Part shown: positions 20,301 to 28,265 of the stretch, piece after piece
How positions within the stretch are numbered: the stretch's first letter is position 1
Layout of the letters: each line of letters opens with the position of its first letter
Origin: a virus
Length of the DNA stretch: 64,000 bases
Direction: 5' to 3' (one strand)
IMG/VR virus record: IMGVR_UViG_3300046791_000443
Location: 6,648-70,647 of that record
Position numbers and translations under genes: made by a program
The notes under the pieces: model-generated
Database searches by the model: none
The model's input: the letters and a program-made list of their open reading frames with translations, nothing else
What the model was told of the DNA's origin: nothing

Positions 20301-21241
20301 GGTATTTCGGGGCGCCCACCGCGTCCGCCGACAGCGCGGGCGATGCGACCGCCCCTCTTGGCCGTTCGCAGGGCGTCGATGACGTCCTGGTGGGTGGTTT
20401 TCTCGCCCTCGGCGGCGTCCCAGATCGCGTGGTGCGCCAGGTGCTGGTAGTGCGGCGCCAGATCCTTCGGCAGGCTGAGATCCATCGCGCTCTGGCGCCC
20501 CGCCAGGCGCTTCACGGCCTCCGTTGCGCCCTGGCCGGCCTGCCGGCGCAGGTACGGCGACGATGCCTTGCTCGGTTCACCGGTGTTGAGGATCAGCTGG
20601 CGCGCATCGAGCGTCGGCTGGTCACCGCGGCCGAGCTGGGCGGCGAGGAAACCGGCCTTGGCACTCCTGATGCCCTTGAGGCCGCGCATCTCGTCGCGCC
20701 ATTCGCTGGGATCGCTCTGCCCCTTCATCGATCGGCGCACCAATTCGGAGACGCGCCCCTCCTGGCCAGGCAAATTCTTGGGTGCCCAGCGCAGCGCGTC
20801 GGGCATGTCCTTGTCGACCTTGCCGTAGGTCCGCAGTTTCTGCTGCGCGTCGTGGATTGCCTCCTCGTCGACCCGTCCGGCCTCGGCATTGTCGAGGTAC
20901 TGCTGCCCCATCTTGGTGTGCAGCCAGTGTCCGAAGGCGCCCTCGGGCCGTACCCTGTCGTTGTCGTCGACCGATGGCGGCAACAGCAGACCCGCCTTGC
21001 GCAGGATCAGCGCCTTGCGTGCCGTGCGCTGGATCGAGAAGCGCGTCAGCGTGTAAGCCTTGACCAGATCACGAGGTGACAGGCCCTGCTCGGCGGCGCG
21101 ACGCGCCGTCTCGTTCATGAACTCACCGAACTTCTCGACATGCGAGGGGATCTCGTCGAGCGAGAGCTCGTCGCGTACCTTCTTCAGCGACCGCCACTTC
21201 CAGTCACCGATCACCGGGCTCCTGGGGTCACGGTAGCTCAT
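14351..21241 (-). CDS. Large polyvalent protein (2296 aa): HhH glycosylase-like domain, unknown domain, two ADP-ribosyltransferase-like domains, two copies of an EE.QSDW domain
   Basis: Two WFG.SKVVDEKG.PL.VY[HR]...L..ENP...G.DG domains; duplicated PQMKASPAQFKSTLINKH...LRMSDR...LHVEE.QSDWGQ domain. Confidence 0.8.
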   Translation of the reverse strand: MSYRDPRSPVIGDWKWRSLKKVRDELSLDEIPSHVEKFGEFMNETARRAAEQGLSPRDLVKAYTLTRFSIQRTARKALILRKAGLLLPPSVDDNDRVRPEGAFGHWLHTKMGQQYLDNAEAGRVDEEAIHDAQQKLRTYGKVDKDMPDALRWAPKNLPGQEGRVSELVRRSMKGQSDPSEWRDEMRGLKGIRSAKAGFLAAQLGRGDQPTLDARQLILNTGEPSKASSPYLRRQAGQGATEAVKRLAGRQSAMDLSLPKDLAPHYQHLAHHAIWDAAEGEKTTHQDVIDALRTAKRGGRIARAVGGRGGRPEIPLQEHLLRAMEMAGFGRDAEKLRDRDPQAVMQALEKIHTPFSDSPESREKAKGIVNAYRVTTNPRIVDENRYYGIQHAIAPKDVTETIKPIRGVVPKDKITRPWQHLYTEGKGGTLIGLGGDRTRQGVLTHINGKKLAWPVRLDAGMDYMRELNPGAVWKSAPGATTKLQNKIREAAKTGPVYGAFAPMGATSGDSSVHMFETMMAQMPGSGMSATTKTAFDRSLKRGEHVPIVESKANSKEQRAKAIDIMKKWPGLDNPREAAKFAAGLSGEHRATIIKHMDNKEWHRRGMPHVGITRVAITEPELRETPGNTIGPRIVRFDPDRIAEETRLKHGTYRGAAPIAGSYWGDTAPLQSHHVMSDPVFERMMTPTGKKAPVIAHPFSADAYGRGTWDKIRQLHNPVQKITPQWADEVGAAEEQHAKYGFASGGRVGSDEHRKWFGKSKVVDEKGKPLTVYHATNYKKSIHKFRTPAYFSNSPSFAGKFGESSVYPVHLRLENPHIIDAATAGRHFEWDADDVADMKKQGHDGVHVVGDKSKGDADIYTVFDPDQVRSTITGRAAGGRVARAMGGPIDDETRQWFGNSKVVDEKGEPLVVYRGEYGEENPDSTTFHTRMPGSISFGSKEAANTYATEPNSRNKYIDAPRVTPAYLKIENPVINSPDDPFVELGDIEKKLGRLEARRLARKHAYHVTNTSNWHEHVNADNKYDSVDDFLKKNPDGHRQLYLDAYPVLDDPKFVRAAVKAGYDGAIHNGNNVTAMEKEYRLFHPQHARSAISPKLTWKKRADGGPVQAPPPMGHNQPPEPTAPAAPVDDYQRQVNPLGLYSHAAEAVWKQPQMKASPAQFKSTLINKHNVKPDEFKWSNYDRAFAGRDMVTKREVRDHFLQNMPGVEEKQYQEGRYDRMGDDGEEGGVKYSDYQLPGGQNYREVVLHMPHKGLTREELSEADRLQKRQATLTPEESDRLADITRRFDASHEGYKSSHWDEKNALLHLRMSDRAGPMVVKYAWQNKLSGNRTKTFNSEEEARAHLATLPAKLHAGLELKKVRKPLKVLHVEELQSDWGQAARDHGIASGADRPPPHEIREINFEGRPAFGVFVNGQRRMAYYDREQAERYASELTTPAEKNGVPPAPYIDNTGKWTELGLKRVLHEAAKGGYDRIVFTPGEEQAKRYDLSKQVKEIHYSSDNNALVAYDHKGGMPINEGNVTPEDLHKYVGREVAEKLMHPDNKLPSTGTHILGGDDLKVGGEGMKGYYDKIVPRALEKLAKQHDPAAEVKLHAHPVKGHDKYTLSFTNRGGVLSNLRVRDIEKDEYVTPVTQDEKKARAQMAELEAKAVPKLHALDLTPKMKASILKGQRAYASGGAVTDPTPVPPPAPVDDYQRELSPIGLYSHAAEAVWKQPQMKASPAQFKSTLINKHGVKPDEFKWTGYDQAFAGRDFVTKKEVRDHFLNNMPKLEETTLGSTEPMRSRGVNDFGNIGPAKYEGYQLPEGENYREVVTHMPIEHDMTTQELKNAMTAAMARRSEAAKAKVRAAARHKHEQSDASHDAFVAASREHTAATDQLAETTDELRAYENSVSYKSGHWDQRNPLFHLRMSDRTGPNGEKILHVEEIQSDWGQEGRDKGFRKPPLTKDEIEHEHVTPQQAEEDLGAGIIKDHAVPWRKENGLADDAPYTRHRMKGQKDWHYAFAPLSLDDIHAKALKESPDDRFGGAYSDRNREAKYGTPRAPFIESTEKWTDLALKRVLHEAAAGNYQKIVFTRGKDQADRYDLSKQISRIVAHKRALNDFHEIWAFDKNENQVHYGNHQPKDLPGVIGHELAERVMKEAEPDQTKTYSGMDLKVGGEGMNGYYDKIVPKRLEKLARMHDPKAEVKLGGFKLKKPPEGASGTEVMNELGVDPDAQDTYWRALTPEMREQHFAEHFRRKSGDSYSLHELDVTPAMRASIRRGQRSFADGGRVGERISENFHRKIRRVIDVAGRYAEGGEA
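15962..16182. repeat. Direct repeat copy (pairs with about 17651-17870) inside the polyvalent gene
   Basis: Near-identical stretch gcttgttgatcagcgtcgacttgaactgcgccgg...gccttcatctgcggctgcttccacaccgcctcggcagc at both positions. Confidence 0.8.
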
Positions 21242-23589
21242 GTCGAGATGTCACCCAGGCTCTTGGTCGGGCCCTCGACGCCCTTGCTCGAGCGCCGGTC
21301 CTGCTCCTGCTGACGCTGCTGGATATCCTGGAAGGCCTCCTTGGCGATCGGCTCGACCAGGGCGGCACTCTCGGGATGGACGGCGATGTTCTGCGCCAGG
21401 TCGATCAGCTGCAGACGCGCGCCCATCAGGCGGTCCTCGTCCTTGCTGTCGAGATCCTTCTGCTTCATCGCGATGTCGCTGCGCGCCTTGATGGCGCCCA
21501 GGCCCTGCTCGTTGGTGCCGAGCTCCTTCTCCATCTGCAGCTTGGCCTGGCCGAGGCCGAGGTTGCCGTCGATCTTGCGCTGCTCGAGCTGGAGCTCGCC
21601 CTGCTTGATGCCCAGGTTCTGCTTCTTGATGTCGATCTCGGCCTTGTCGTTCTCCATCTCGGGCGTCGGCTTGCCGAGCGCCTCGGGCGGCGCCAGCAGC
21701 TGGTCGGGGTTGTAGCCGATGGTGCGCACGACGATGCGCTCGACGGCGATCGGGTCGTACATGCCCGGCGGCGCCGCGCCCTGGGCGCTCTTGAGGGCGA
21801 CCACCTTGGCGATGCGCTGGGTCTGGCTGGCGGTGTTGGGGTCGGCCACTGGGACCAGGTTGCACTGGCCCAGGGCGCGCTCGAACGTCTCCTGGTCCCA
21901 CGGGTAGGAGGGGGCGTCGTTGCACTCCCAGAAGCTCTCCGGGTGCTCCCTGAAGACGTCGAGGATGCAGGCGAACTCGAGCGACTGGGCGGCGTGCATC
22001 CGCTTGTGGACGCTGTTGATGATCTTCTGGGCCTGCTCGATCGTGGCCAGCGTCGTGCCCACCGGGGTGTTGCCCCTGGGCTCCTCGACGGGCTGCTCGC
22101 TGGTGCCGCCCAGGCGCATGCCGGTCTGCGCCATGTTGTCGACCAGCGTCATCAGCGGCGCCATCTGGGTGGTGTTGTAGGGCAGCGGCATCACCGCCTG
22201 GCCGATCGGCATGCCCTGGGTGTCGATGGGCGAGCCGCCCCCTGGCGGCACGCGCTTCACCAGCGTGTCCTGGCGACCGGCCTGCTTGGCGTAGAGAAAC
22301 CCAGGGAAGTTGGCGAACATTCCATTGTCCAGCATCTCGCGCCACGCAGCAGTGATAGCGTTCGTGGTGTTGCCGAGGATGTGGAGAAGACCGATGCCAT
22401 AGAAACCGAAACCAGGGACGAACAGGTAGGGCACGAATGTACGACGGCGCTCGGGAAGAGGTCCGACTGATTTCTTGTTGTAGTCGCGGCAGACCGAAAG
22501 GATCTGACGGGAGGATATATCGAGGGTGACACGGTACGGCACCTCCAGGCCCGATGGTTTGCCACGCCACTTGTGCTCGAAACCCTTGATGTCGAGCTCG
22601 CAGTAGGTCTCGTACATCGGGCGGTCGCGGTCCGCGGCGCGCAGGCTCGCCTGGCTGATGCCCTGCTGGTCCTTCTCGGCACGATCGATGGCGTTGAGGT
22701 CGGGCTCCTTGGCGTCACCGACATCGACGTCGCGATAGACGCCCAGGATCTGCATGCGCTTGAAGGTCGATCGCTTCATGGCGATGCGATGGGTGATGCG
22801 CGAGGCGGTCTGCAGCGACGTCGCCTCGTTGTTGACGATCAGATCCTTGGCCTCGACAGTCTCGCTGACCGGCCGGTTTCGGATCGGGCAGAAGTAGATC
22901 TTCTTGAAGCCCATGCCCTGGAAGCCGAGCTTCAGGAACATGCGATCGGTGTCAGGATAGTACTCGGTCGCCGTCGAGGTCAGGTAATGGTTGATGTCTT
23001 TCTGGAAGTGGTTGGCGAGCTCATCGAGGTCAGGGCTGGAGTTGTTGTCGTCGTCGCGGATCTTTACCGGGCCATCGACCGGGAGGAACTCCCCGTTGGC
23101 GTTCGCCTGGAACCGCAGAATGGCTTCCAGCAGCAGCGGGTGACGTACCCGGCTCATGCCCTCGACAGCAGCCCCGTCGCCCTGGGCGCCGCTTTCCGGT
23201 TTTTCAAGCTTGAGACCGAGAAGAGCCACGCTCTCTGCGACCATGTCGACCCACTCCTGGCGCGACAGGTCGTCCTCTTCGATGCCGCGGATGAGCTCGT
23301 CGCAGATCCGTGACAGCTCGTTGGGGTCGATGTCGTCGGCCAGGTTCTTGAACCAGCCCTCGTTGGCGGCGCGCTCGGCCGACTGCACCGGCTTGCCGTC
23401 CATCGAGATCGTGATCGAGCCGTCGGCGTGCTCGATCTTGATGACGTTGCCCTTGTCGTCGAGGATCGGCTGGTCGACGCCCTCGGGCGGGTCGTCGCTG
23501 GTGTTGACCTCGACCGGCTCGAGCTGCTTCTCGGGCTCGTCGCGGCTGTCGACCAGTCGCAGGTTGGGGTTCAGTCCAGGTGTCGCCAA
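21238..23589 (-). CDS. Portal protein
   Basis: 783 aa after terL; SRQEW, HPLLLEA..RFQA, FKKIY, GFGFYGIGL.H, GTTLA.IEQ, VHKRMH, PVADPN; TTG start. Confidence 0.85.
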   Translation of the reverse strand: MATPGLNPNLRLVDSRDEPEKQLEPVEVNTSDDPPEGVDQPILDDKGNVIKIEHADGSITISMDGKPVQSAERAANEGWFKNLADDIDPNELSRICDELIRGIEEDDLSRQEWVDMVAESVALLGLKLEKPESGAQGDGAAVEGMSRVRHPLLLEAILRFQANANGEFLPVDGPVKIRDDDNNSSPDLDELANHFQKDINHYLTSTATEYYPDTDRMFLKLGFQGMGFKKIYFCPIRNRPVSETVEAKDLIVNNEATSLQTASRITHRIAMKRSTFKRMQILGVYRDVDVGDAKEPDLNAIDRAEKDQQGISQASLRAADRDRPMYETYCELDIKGFEHKWRGKPSGLEVPYRVTLDISSRQILSVCRDYNKKSVGPLPERRRTFVPYLFVPGFGFYGIGLLHILGNTTNAITAAWREMLDNGMFANFPGFLYAKQAGRQDTLVKRVPPGGGSPIDTQGMPIGQAVMPLPYNTTQMAPLMTLVDNMAQTGMRLGGTSEQPVEEPRGNTPVGTTLATIEQAQKIINSVHKRMHAAQSLEFACILDVFREHPESFWECNDAPSYPWDQETFERALGQCNLVPVADPNTASQTQRIAKVVALKSAQGAAPPGMYDPIAVERIVVRTIGYNPDQLLAPPEALGKPTPEMENDKAEIDIKKQNLGIKQGELQLEQRKIDGNLGLGQAKLQMEKELGTNEQGLGAIKARSDIAMKQKDLDSKDEDRLMGARLQLIDLAQNIAVHPESAALVEPIAKEAFQDIQQRQQEQDRRSSKGVEGPTKSLGDIST

Positions 23590-23597
23590 GGGGCCCC

Positions 23598-23876
23598 CTA
23601 GTGGAGCTGGATCGCGGGCTCCGAAAATTCATCCTCGAACAGTCTGAGGCCTTGCTTGGCCGCGCCGTTGTCGTCAAGCGCCTTGACCAGGTACATCTTG
23701 CGCCTGGGCGGGCCGTTGCGCCAATCAGGACGTTCCTCGACGAACACATGCCACCAGGAGAGCGCACTGTCGCCGTCGTCGGAGGTACGACACCATTCGA
23801 CGACACAGTGGCAGGCAACCTTAGCCTGGATAGAGCGGCGCGAGACGCTGTCTGGAGAGGGCATTGAGACCATCAT
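23598..23876 (-). CDS. Small hypothetical protein (start uncertain, overlaps the end of terL)
   Basis: ORF fills the gap between terL and portal. Confidence 0.4.
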   Translation of the reverse strand: MMVSMPSPDSVSRRSIQAKVACHCVVEWCRTSDDGDSALSWWHVFVEERPDWRNGPPRRKMYLVKALDDNGAAKQGLRLFEDEFSEPAIQLH

Positions 23877-25500
23877 CGAGGTCGGCCATGCGCTCGGCCG
23901 AGCGGGTCAACATACCGATGTCGCGGAGATGGCGCAAAGCCTGGCTCACCGTGTCGACGAAGTCGTCGTGCTCGGCGTTGGGGAAGGTACCGCACTGCGC
24001 GATCACCTCCTCGGCCCACGATCGATCGGGCGCGTAGACCGCGCCCTCCTCGAAGATGTTCTGCACCGAGTAGAGGCGGGCCACCTTGTCGACGCGACCA
24101 GGGTCGTTGAGCTGGATGCCGAAGCCCTCGTGCGCGAACAGGCGGCGCAGCTCCTGGGCGACGCTGATGCCCGACGCCTTGGCCTCGATCATCAGCTTGT
24201 CGACATGCAGCCCCGGCGCCTTGCGGCCGCACAGCCTGGCGACATGGTTGACCAGGTCGTGCAGCTCCATGCGGCCCGACCAGGCGTACATCAGCATGAC
24301 GCGCTGGGTGGCCTCGCCAAACACGCGGTGGCTCTGGCCGAGGCCACCGTACTTGATGTCGCGGGCCACGACATCGCCCGAGAAGACGCCCCAGATGGTG
24401 AGCGCGCTCGGGTCGTTCATGTTGTCGGTCGTGTAGGCGGTGTCGAGGCTGGCCAGGATGAAGTCCATCGGCGGGTAGGCGGCGGGGCGCAGCGGCTGGC
24501 CGACGTTGTCCATCTCCTCGCCCTCGGGCGGCCACAGCACCCAGTGCTTGCGCTTGATGATGCCGCCGCCGGCCGGCTCGGGCCTCTGCTGGAGCTGCCC
24601 GGCGGTGCGCCAGGAGCCCAGGTTGCCCTTGATTATGGAAACTTCCTTGTGCCCGAAGCGTTCCGGCCACAGCAGCTCGCCCTCTTCGGTGCGCGGATCC
24701 TTCCAGCCGATCGATGTAACAAAACTGCGTCTACTCTCGTACTCCATCGGCAGGCAGAGGTGGGTCCAGTTGGGCCACTCGTCCTTGCGCATGATATGGC
24801 CCGAGAGATCGCTCTCGCCCAGGCGCTGCTGGATGACAATGAACGCGCCGGTCTTGGGATCGTTGAGGCGGGTCGACATGGTGCCATCCCACCAGTCCTC
24901 GTTGGTCGTCTCGATGACGGCATCCGACAGCACCTCCTTGGCGTTGTTGGGGTCGTCGATGATGATGATCTGGCCACCTTCGCCGGTCACACCGCCATCG
25001 ACCGACGTCACCAGGCGCTCGCCGCCCGCGGTGTTGCCGAAGCGGATCTTCTGGTCGTTGTCGGGCGAGATCTTCACCCGATCGCCCCACAGGCGCTGGT
25101 ACCAGGGCGACTTGATCAGGCGGCGGCACTTGATCGAGTCACGCACGCTGAGCTTGAAGGCGTAGGAGCCGCTCACGATCGGCACGCTCGGGCCCGAGGT
25201 CGGGCTGTCGACCGGCTGCAGCCACACCCAGGCCGGGAAGGCCACGCTGCAGATGCTCGACTTGGAGCACCTGGGCGGGATGTGGATCATCAGGCGCGAG
25301 ATCTCGCCATCGACCACGGCCTCGAGATGGTCGGCCAGAGCATCGATCACCCAGCCGCGATTGAACGGCGCCGGATCGACGAACTGCCAGCCACGCTCGA
25401 GGAAGGTCGCGAGGCTCTCCTCGCACTCGAAACGATCGAACGCCTCGAGCTGCCCGGTCGCGTCGAGCTTGCGGCCGTTCCAGTCGATCAGCGTCGACAT
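23821..25500 (-). CDS. terL: Terminase large subunit
   Basis: IPPRCSKS Walker A-like, IIIIDDP Walker B, IQQRL, LWPERF, QQRP, SLDTA nuclease motif, IEAKASG, FPNAEHDDFVD. Confidence 0.95.
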   Translation of the reverse strand: MSTLIDWNGRKLDATGQLEAFDRFECEESLATFLERGWQFVDPAPFNRGWVIDALADHLEAVVDGEISRLMIHIPPRCSKSSICSVAFPAWVWLQPVDSPTSGPSVPIVSGSYAFKLSVRDSIKCRRLIKSPWYQRLWGDRVKISPDNDQKIRFGNTAGGERLVTSVDGGVTGEGGQIIIIDDPNNAKEVLSDAVIETTNEDWWDGTMSTRLNDPKTGAFIVIQQRLGESDLSGHIMRKDEWPNWTHLCLPMEYESRRSFVTSIGWKDPRTEEGELLWPERFGHKEVSIIKGNLGSWRTAGQLQQRPEPAGGGIIKRKHWVLWPPEGEEMDNVGQPLRPAAYPPMDFILASLDTAYTTDNMNDPSALTIWGVFSGDVVARDIKYGGLGQSHRVFGEATQRVMLMYAWSGRMELHDLVNHVARLCGRKAPGLHVDKLMIEAKASGISVAQELRRLFAHEGFGIQLNDPGRVDKVARLYSVQNIFEEGAVYAPDRSWAEEVIAQCGTFPNAEHDDFVDTVSQALRHLRDIGMLTRSAERMADLDDGLNALSRQRLAPLYPG

Positions 25501-25808
25501 TACGCAGTGGCTTGCGGCGGATCCTCGACCGGAGCGGGCGGCGTCTCGGTTCCCTGCGCCGGATCGGGCTCGTCGTCGGGCTTGGGCTCGGGCGGATCGC
25601 CGCCCTGGCTCTGCAGCTGAAAGCCCTTCCTGAGATCGGCCAGGGTCACGCCCGGCGACACGGCGCCGAGCAACGGCTTGGTGTACTCGATCCAGCTGAT
25701 CACCGTATCGAGGTCGTTGGCCGCCGAACTGTCGGGGTTGGCGTCGCGCAACAGCCCGACCTGGGCGCGCAGACGATGGAGAACAGGATCGATCGGGTGG
25801 TATGACAT
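25500..25808 (-). CDS. Hypothetical protein with Pro/acidic tail
   Basis: AGGAGG Shine-Dalgarno before MSYHPID; stop overlaps the terL start. Confidence 0.6.
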   Translation of the reverse strand: MSYHPIDPVLHRLRAQVGLLRDANPDSSAANDLDTVISWIEYTKPLLGAVSPGVTLADLRKGFQLQSQGGDPPEPKPDDEPDPAQGTETPPAPVEDPPQATA

Positions 25809-25862
25809 GACGAAGCCTCCTGGGCGCGTGCGTGTGGGGCCATCATACAGGAGGCCACCGAA

Positions 25863-26099
25863 ATGGACAGGCCACCCTTCGATCCGATCAAGGCGAGCTT
25901 CTACCTGGTCGCCGGCATCCTCGCCGTGCAGTGTCTCGTCGTGCTGATCACCCTGGGCTGGTGCATGCGCGCACTCGACCCTGTTAATCTTCCCGACTTC
26001 AAATGCGATCGCGAGGGGTCGCTCAACCAGCTCCTGACCGGCGCCCTGGCGGCGGCGCTGGCCTTCGCCGGCGGCTTCCAACGAAAGGACAAGCCATGA
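25863..26099 (+). CDS. Putative holin-like membrane protein
   Basis: 78 aa, one clear and one possible hydrophobic segment, basic C-terminus, GGAGG Shine-Dalgarno, ATGA overlap with the endolysin. Confidence 0.5.
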   Translation: MDRPPFDPIKASFYLVAGILAVQCLVVLITLGWCMRALDPVNLPDFKCDREGSLNQLLTGALAAALAFAGGFQRKDKP

Positions 26100-26539
26100 C
26101 CAACCCGATCCATTTCACGCTCGAAGAGTTCCTCCACAGCGACACTGCCAAGGCCAACGGCATCGAGAACACGCCGACCTGGGATGTCGTCGACAACCTC
26201 AGACGGCTGGGCGGCCTGATGGACCAGATCCGCGGCGGTGGTGGCGGCAATCCGGTCACCATCCTGTCGGGCTACCGCTGCCCCGAGGTCAACGCGCTGG
26301 TCGGCGGCGCCACCAACTCGGCGCACCTCTACGGGCTGGCGTGCGACTTCGTGATCCCGGCCTACGGCTCGCCGCGCGACATCTGCCTGGCGATCGAGCC
26401 GCACATGGCGTTCCTCCAGATCGACCAGCTGATCCTCGAGTTCGATGACTGGGTCCACCTCGGCCTGGCGGAAGTCGGCGCGAGCCCGCGCTGCCAGTGC
26501 CTGACGATCAACAACGCGGGAACCTGCGAGGGCTTCTAG
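26096..26539 (+). CDS. Endolysin, peptidase M15 family
   Basis: HFTLEEF..S.TA...GI.N.P, SGYRC..VN..VGG..NSAH..G.ACD, DQLILE...WVH zinc-peptidase motifs. Confidence 0.9.
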   Translation: MTNPIHFTLEEFLHSDTAKANGIENTPTWDVVDNLRRLGGLMDQIRGGGGGNPVTILSGYRCPEVNALVGGATNSAHLYGLACDFVIPAYGSPRDICLAIEPHMAFLQIDQLILEFDDWVHLGLAEVGASPRCQCLTINNAGTCEGF

Positions 26540-26751
26540 ACGACGCGCAGGATCGGCTTCCTGCCGCCCTTGACGCGCAACACGATCGAGCCGTCGCTGC
26601 GGTCCTGGACCGTGAGCGTGCCCTCGGCGGCGGCCTCGAGCTCCTTGCGCGTCATCACCAGCATGTTCATGACGCCGTACTGCTGCACCGCCACCGCCAG
26701 CAGCAGGCGCATGGTGTTGACGACGTCGTCCTGGTTCAGTCGCTTGGCCAT
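26536..26751 (-). CDS. Small hypothetical protein
   Basis: GGAGG Shine-Dalgarno, MAKRLNQDDVV...; converges on the endolysin. Confidence 0.55.
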   Translation of the reverse strand: MAKRLNQDDVVNTMRLLLAVAVQQYGVMNMLVMTRKELEAAAEGTLTVQDRSDGSIVLRVKGGRKPILRVV

Positions 26752-26761
26752 CGCGCCCTCC

Positions 26762-26802
26762 AAAAAATAACGCCACCGACGGCGCCGGCCGTCGGTGGCG
26801 TT
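26762..26802 (-). terminator. Rho-independent terminator
   Basis: Perfect 15-bp stem AACGCCACCGACGGC / GCCGTCGGTGGCGTT with 4-nt loop, followed on the minus strand by ATTTTTT. Confidence 0.8.
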
Positions 26803-26860
26803 GCCGCGACGAGGCGGCACTGGAGACCGGGCCCGTGATGGCAGGCCCGGCCACCCCCTT

Positions 26861-27049
26861 CTAGGAACGCCGGACGACCGTGACCAGCGGCCAGGTGACC
26901 AGCGCGTTGGTGGTGAGGTAGGGCGGCGTGTTGTAGGTGGCGTAGGTCCACGCCGGGCCCGGCGACGGGGCATAGGCGAGCGGACCGGGGATATGCATGG
27001 CGCCGTTCGACGCACACAGGATGGCTCCGACGATGCAGCTCGTGAACAT
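26861..27049 (-). CDS. Small hypothetical, possibly exported protein
   Basis: MFTSCIVGAILC..., AGGA Shine-Dalgarno, follows the upstream stop closely. Confidence 0.4.
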   Translation of the reverse strand: MFTSCIVGAILCASNGAMHIPGPLAYAPSPGPAWTYATYNTPPYLTTNALVTWPLVTVVRRS

Positions 27050-27051
27050 GT

Positions 27052-27438
27052 TCAGTCCTGTCTCGGCATGAAGCCGTAGGTGGTGGCCTGGTGCGGCTCG
27101 AGCATGGGAAGGATCTGGGTCGGGCCGGTGACGGTCTGGCCGGCGCCGATGAACGGGCCGCCGGTGCCGGGGTTGATGATGATGCCCGAGCCCACGGCGC
27201 TGGCGTTTGGATCGGTCGTGCCGTTGCCGGTGTAGACGTTGCCCTCGGGCGTCACGGTCTGCCAGTAGCCGCTCTGGCACAGCATGGTGCGGTTGAGCCC
27301 ATTGGGCACATCCCAGCAGACGTCGGTGTTCTGCGCCCGCACGCTCGAGTGCAGCAGCGTCACGACGCTGGCGATGAGGAGCGCGATGATGAGGAACATC
27401 ACCACGCCCAGGAGAAAATCAGAGATCGGTTTCGGCAT
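27052..27438 (-). CDS. Membrane-anchored or exported protein
   Basis: Long N-terminal hydrophobic segment ending VRA-Q, two Cys, AGGAG Shine-Dalgarno. Confidence 0.6.
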   Translation of the reverse strand: MPKPISDFLLGVVMFLIIALLIASVVTLLHSSVRAQNTDVCWDVPNGLNRTMLCQSGYWQTVTPEGNVYTGNGTTDPNASAVGSGIIINPGTGGPFIGAGQTVTGPTQILPMLEPHQATTYGFMPRQD

Positions 27439-27554
27439 CGACAGCTCCTGGGCCAGGCCGCCCCGTCCGTCCACCTCTGGGGGAGACATAAAACGGACGG
27501 GGCGGGGTGCGTGCGTTGGGATACCTGGGACGGTACACACGCACCCGTGGGTTT

Positions 27555-28265
27555 CTAGCTCTGGCAGTTGTCAACGATGCCCGCGCGCGGGTTGCAGCGA
27601 GGATAGACCTTGGCGGCCATCGGCGCCACGACCGGCACCGGCATGGGCGGCGGGACGGGCTGCTGCGCCGCCATCGGCGGCTGGCTGCCCTGGGGCTCGA
27701 ACTGCGAGCGCCAGGCGCACTGCTGGCCGCGCGTCATCTTGACGGCGTTGTAGGTCGCGCGGTCGTTGCACATCAGCTCGAAGGCAACGTCGTGGCGCCC
27801 CGAATTGTGCACCAGGGCGATCTTCTGGCGGGTCGCGCACTCCTCGTCGACCCAGGTGCCGCCGGCCGCGGCGCCCCAGCCAATCACCGAAACGCCACCA
27901 CTCGCACTAAGCGTGCAGGGGTTCCCTCCCGAAACCGATGGGCTGTAGACGGTGGGCGTCGTGCGCACCGTCACATCGCTGGTGGTGTGGCCCTGGTTCG
28001 TGTTGGTGTTGTTGGTGCCGCCGCTGACACGCTCGTTCGAGTTGAAGTTGGTCGTGTTGGTGGTGTTGGCGGGCACGCTGTTGGTCGTGCTCTGGTTGAT
28101 GATCGCCGCCGCGCCGGATCCCGACTGCGAGGACGCGCCGGCTGCCGAGTTGGAGCCCGACTGCGAGTTCGCCGTCTGCGCGTCGCTTGGCGTCGCCGCC
28201 ATCAGCATCGCCCAGGCGGCGCTGAAGGCGAAGCCGTAACTGAGGGTCTTCCTGAAATTGATCAT
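27555..28265 (-). CDS. Secreted protein with an S/N/T-rich region and a Cys-containing domain
   Basis: Signal peptide MINFRK...SDA-Q; NPC..SASGG...DEEC...LMC.D...C. Confidence 0.75.
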   Translation of the reverse strand: MINFRKTLSYGFAFSAAWAMLMAATPSDAQTANSQSGSNSAAGASSQSGSGAAAIINQSTTNSVPANTTNTTNFNSNERVSGGTNNTNTNQGHTTSDVTVRTTPTVYSPSVSGGNPCTLSASGGVSVIGWGAAAGGTWVDEECATRQKIALVHNSGRHDVAFELMCNDRATYNAVKMTRGQQCAWRSQFEPQGSQPPMAAQQPVPPPMPVPVVAPMAAKVYPRCNPRAGIVDNCQS

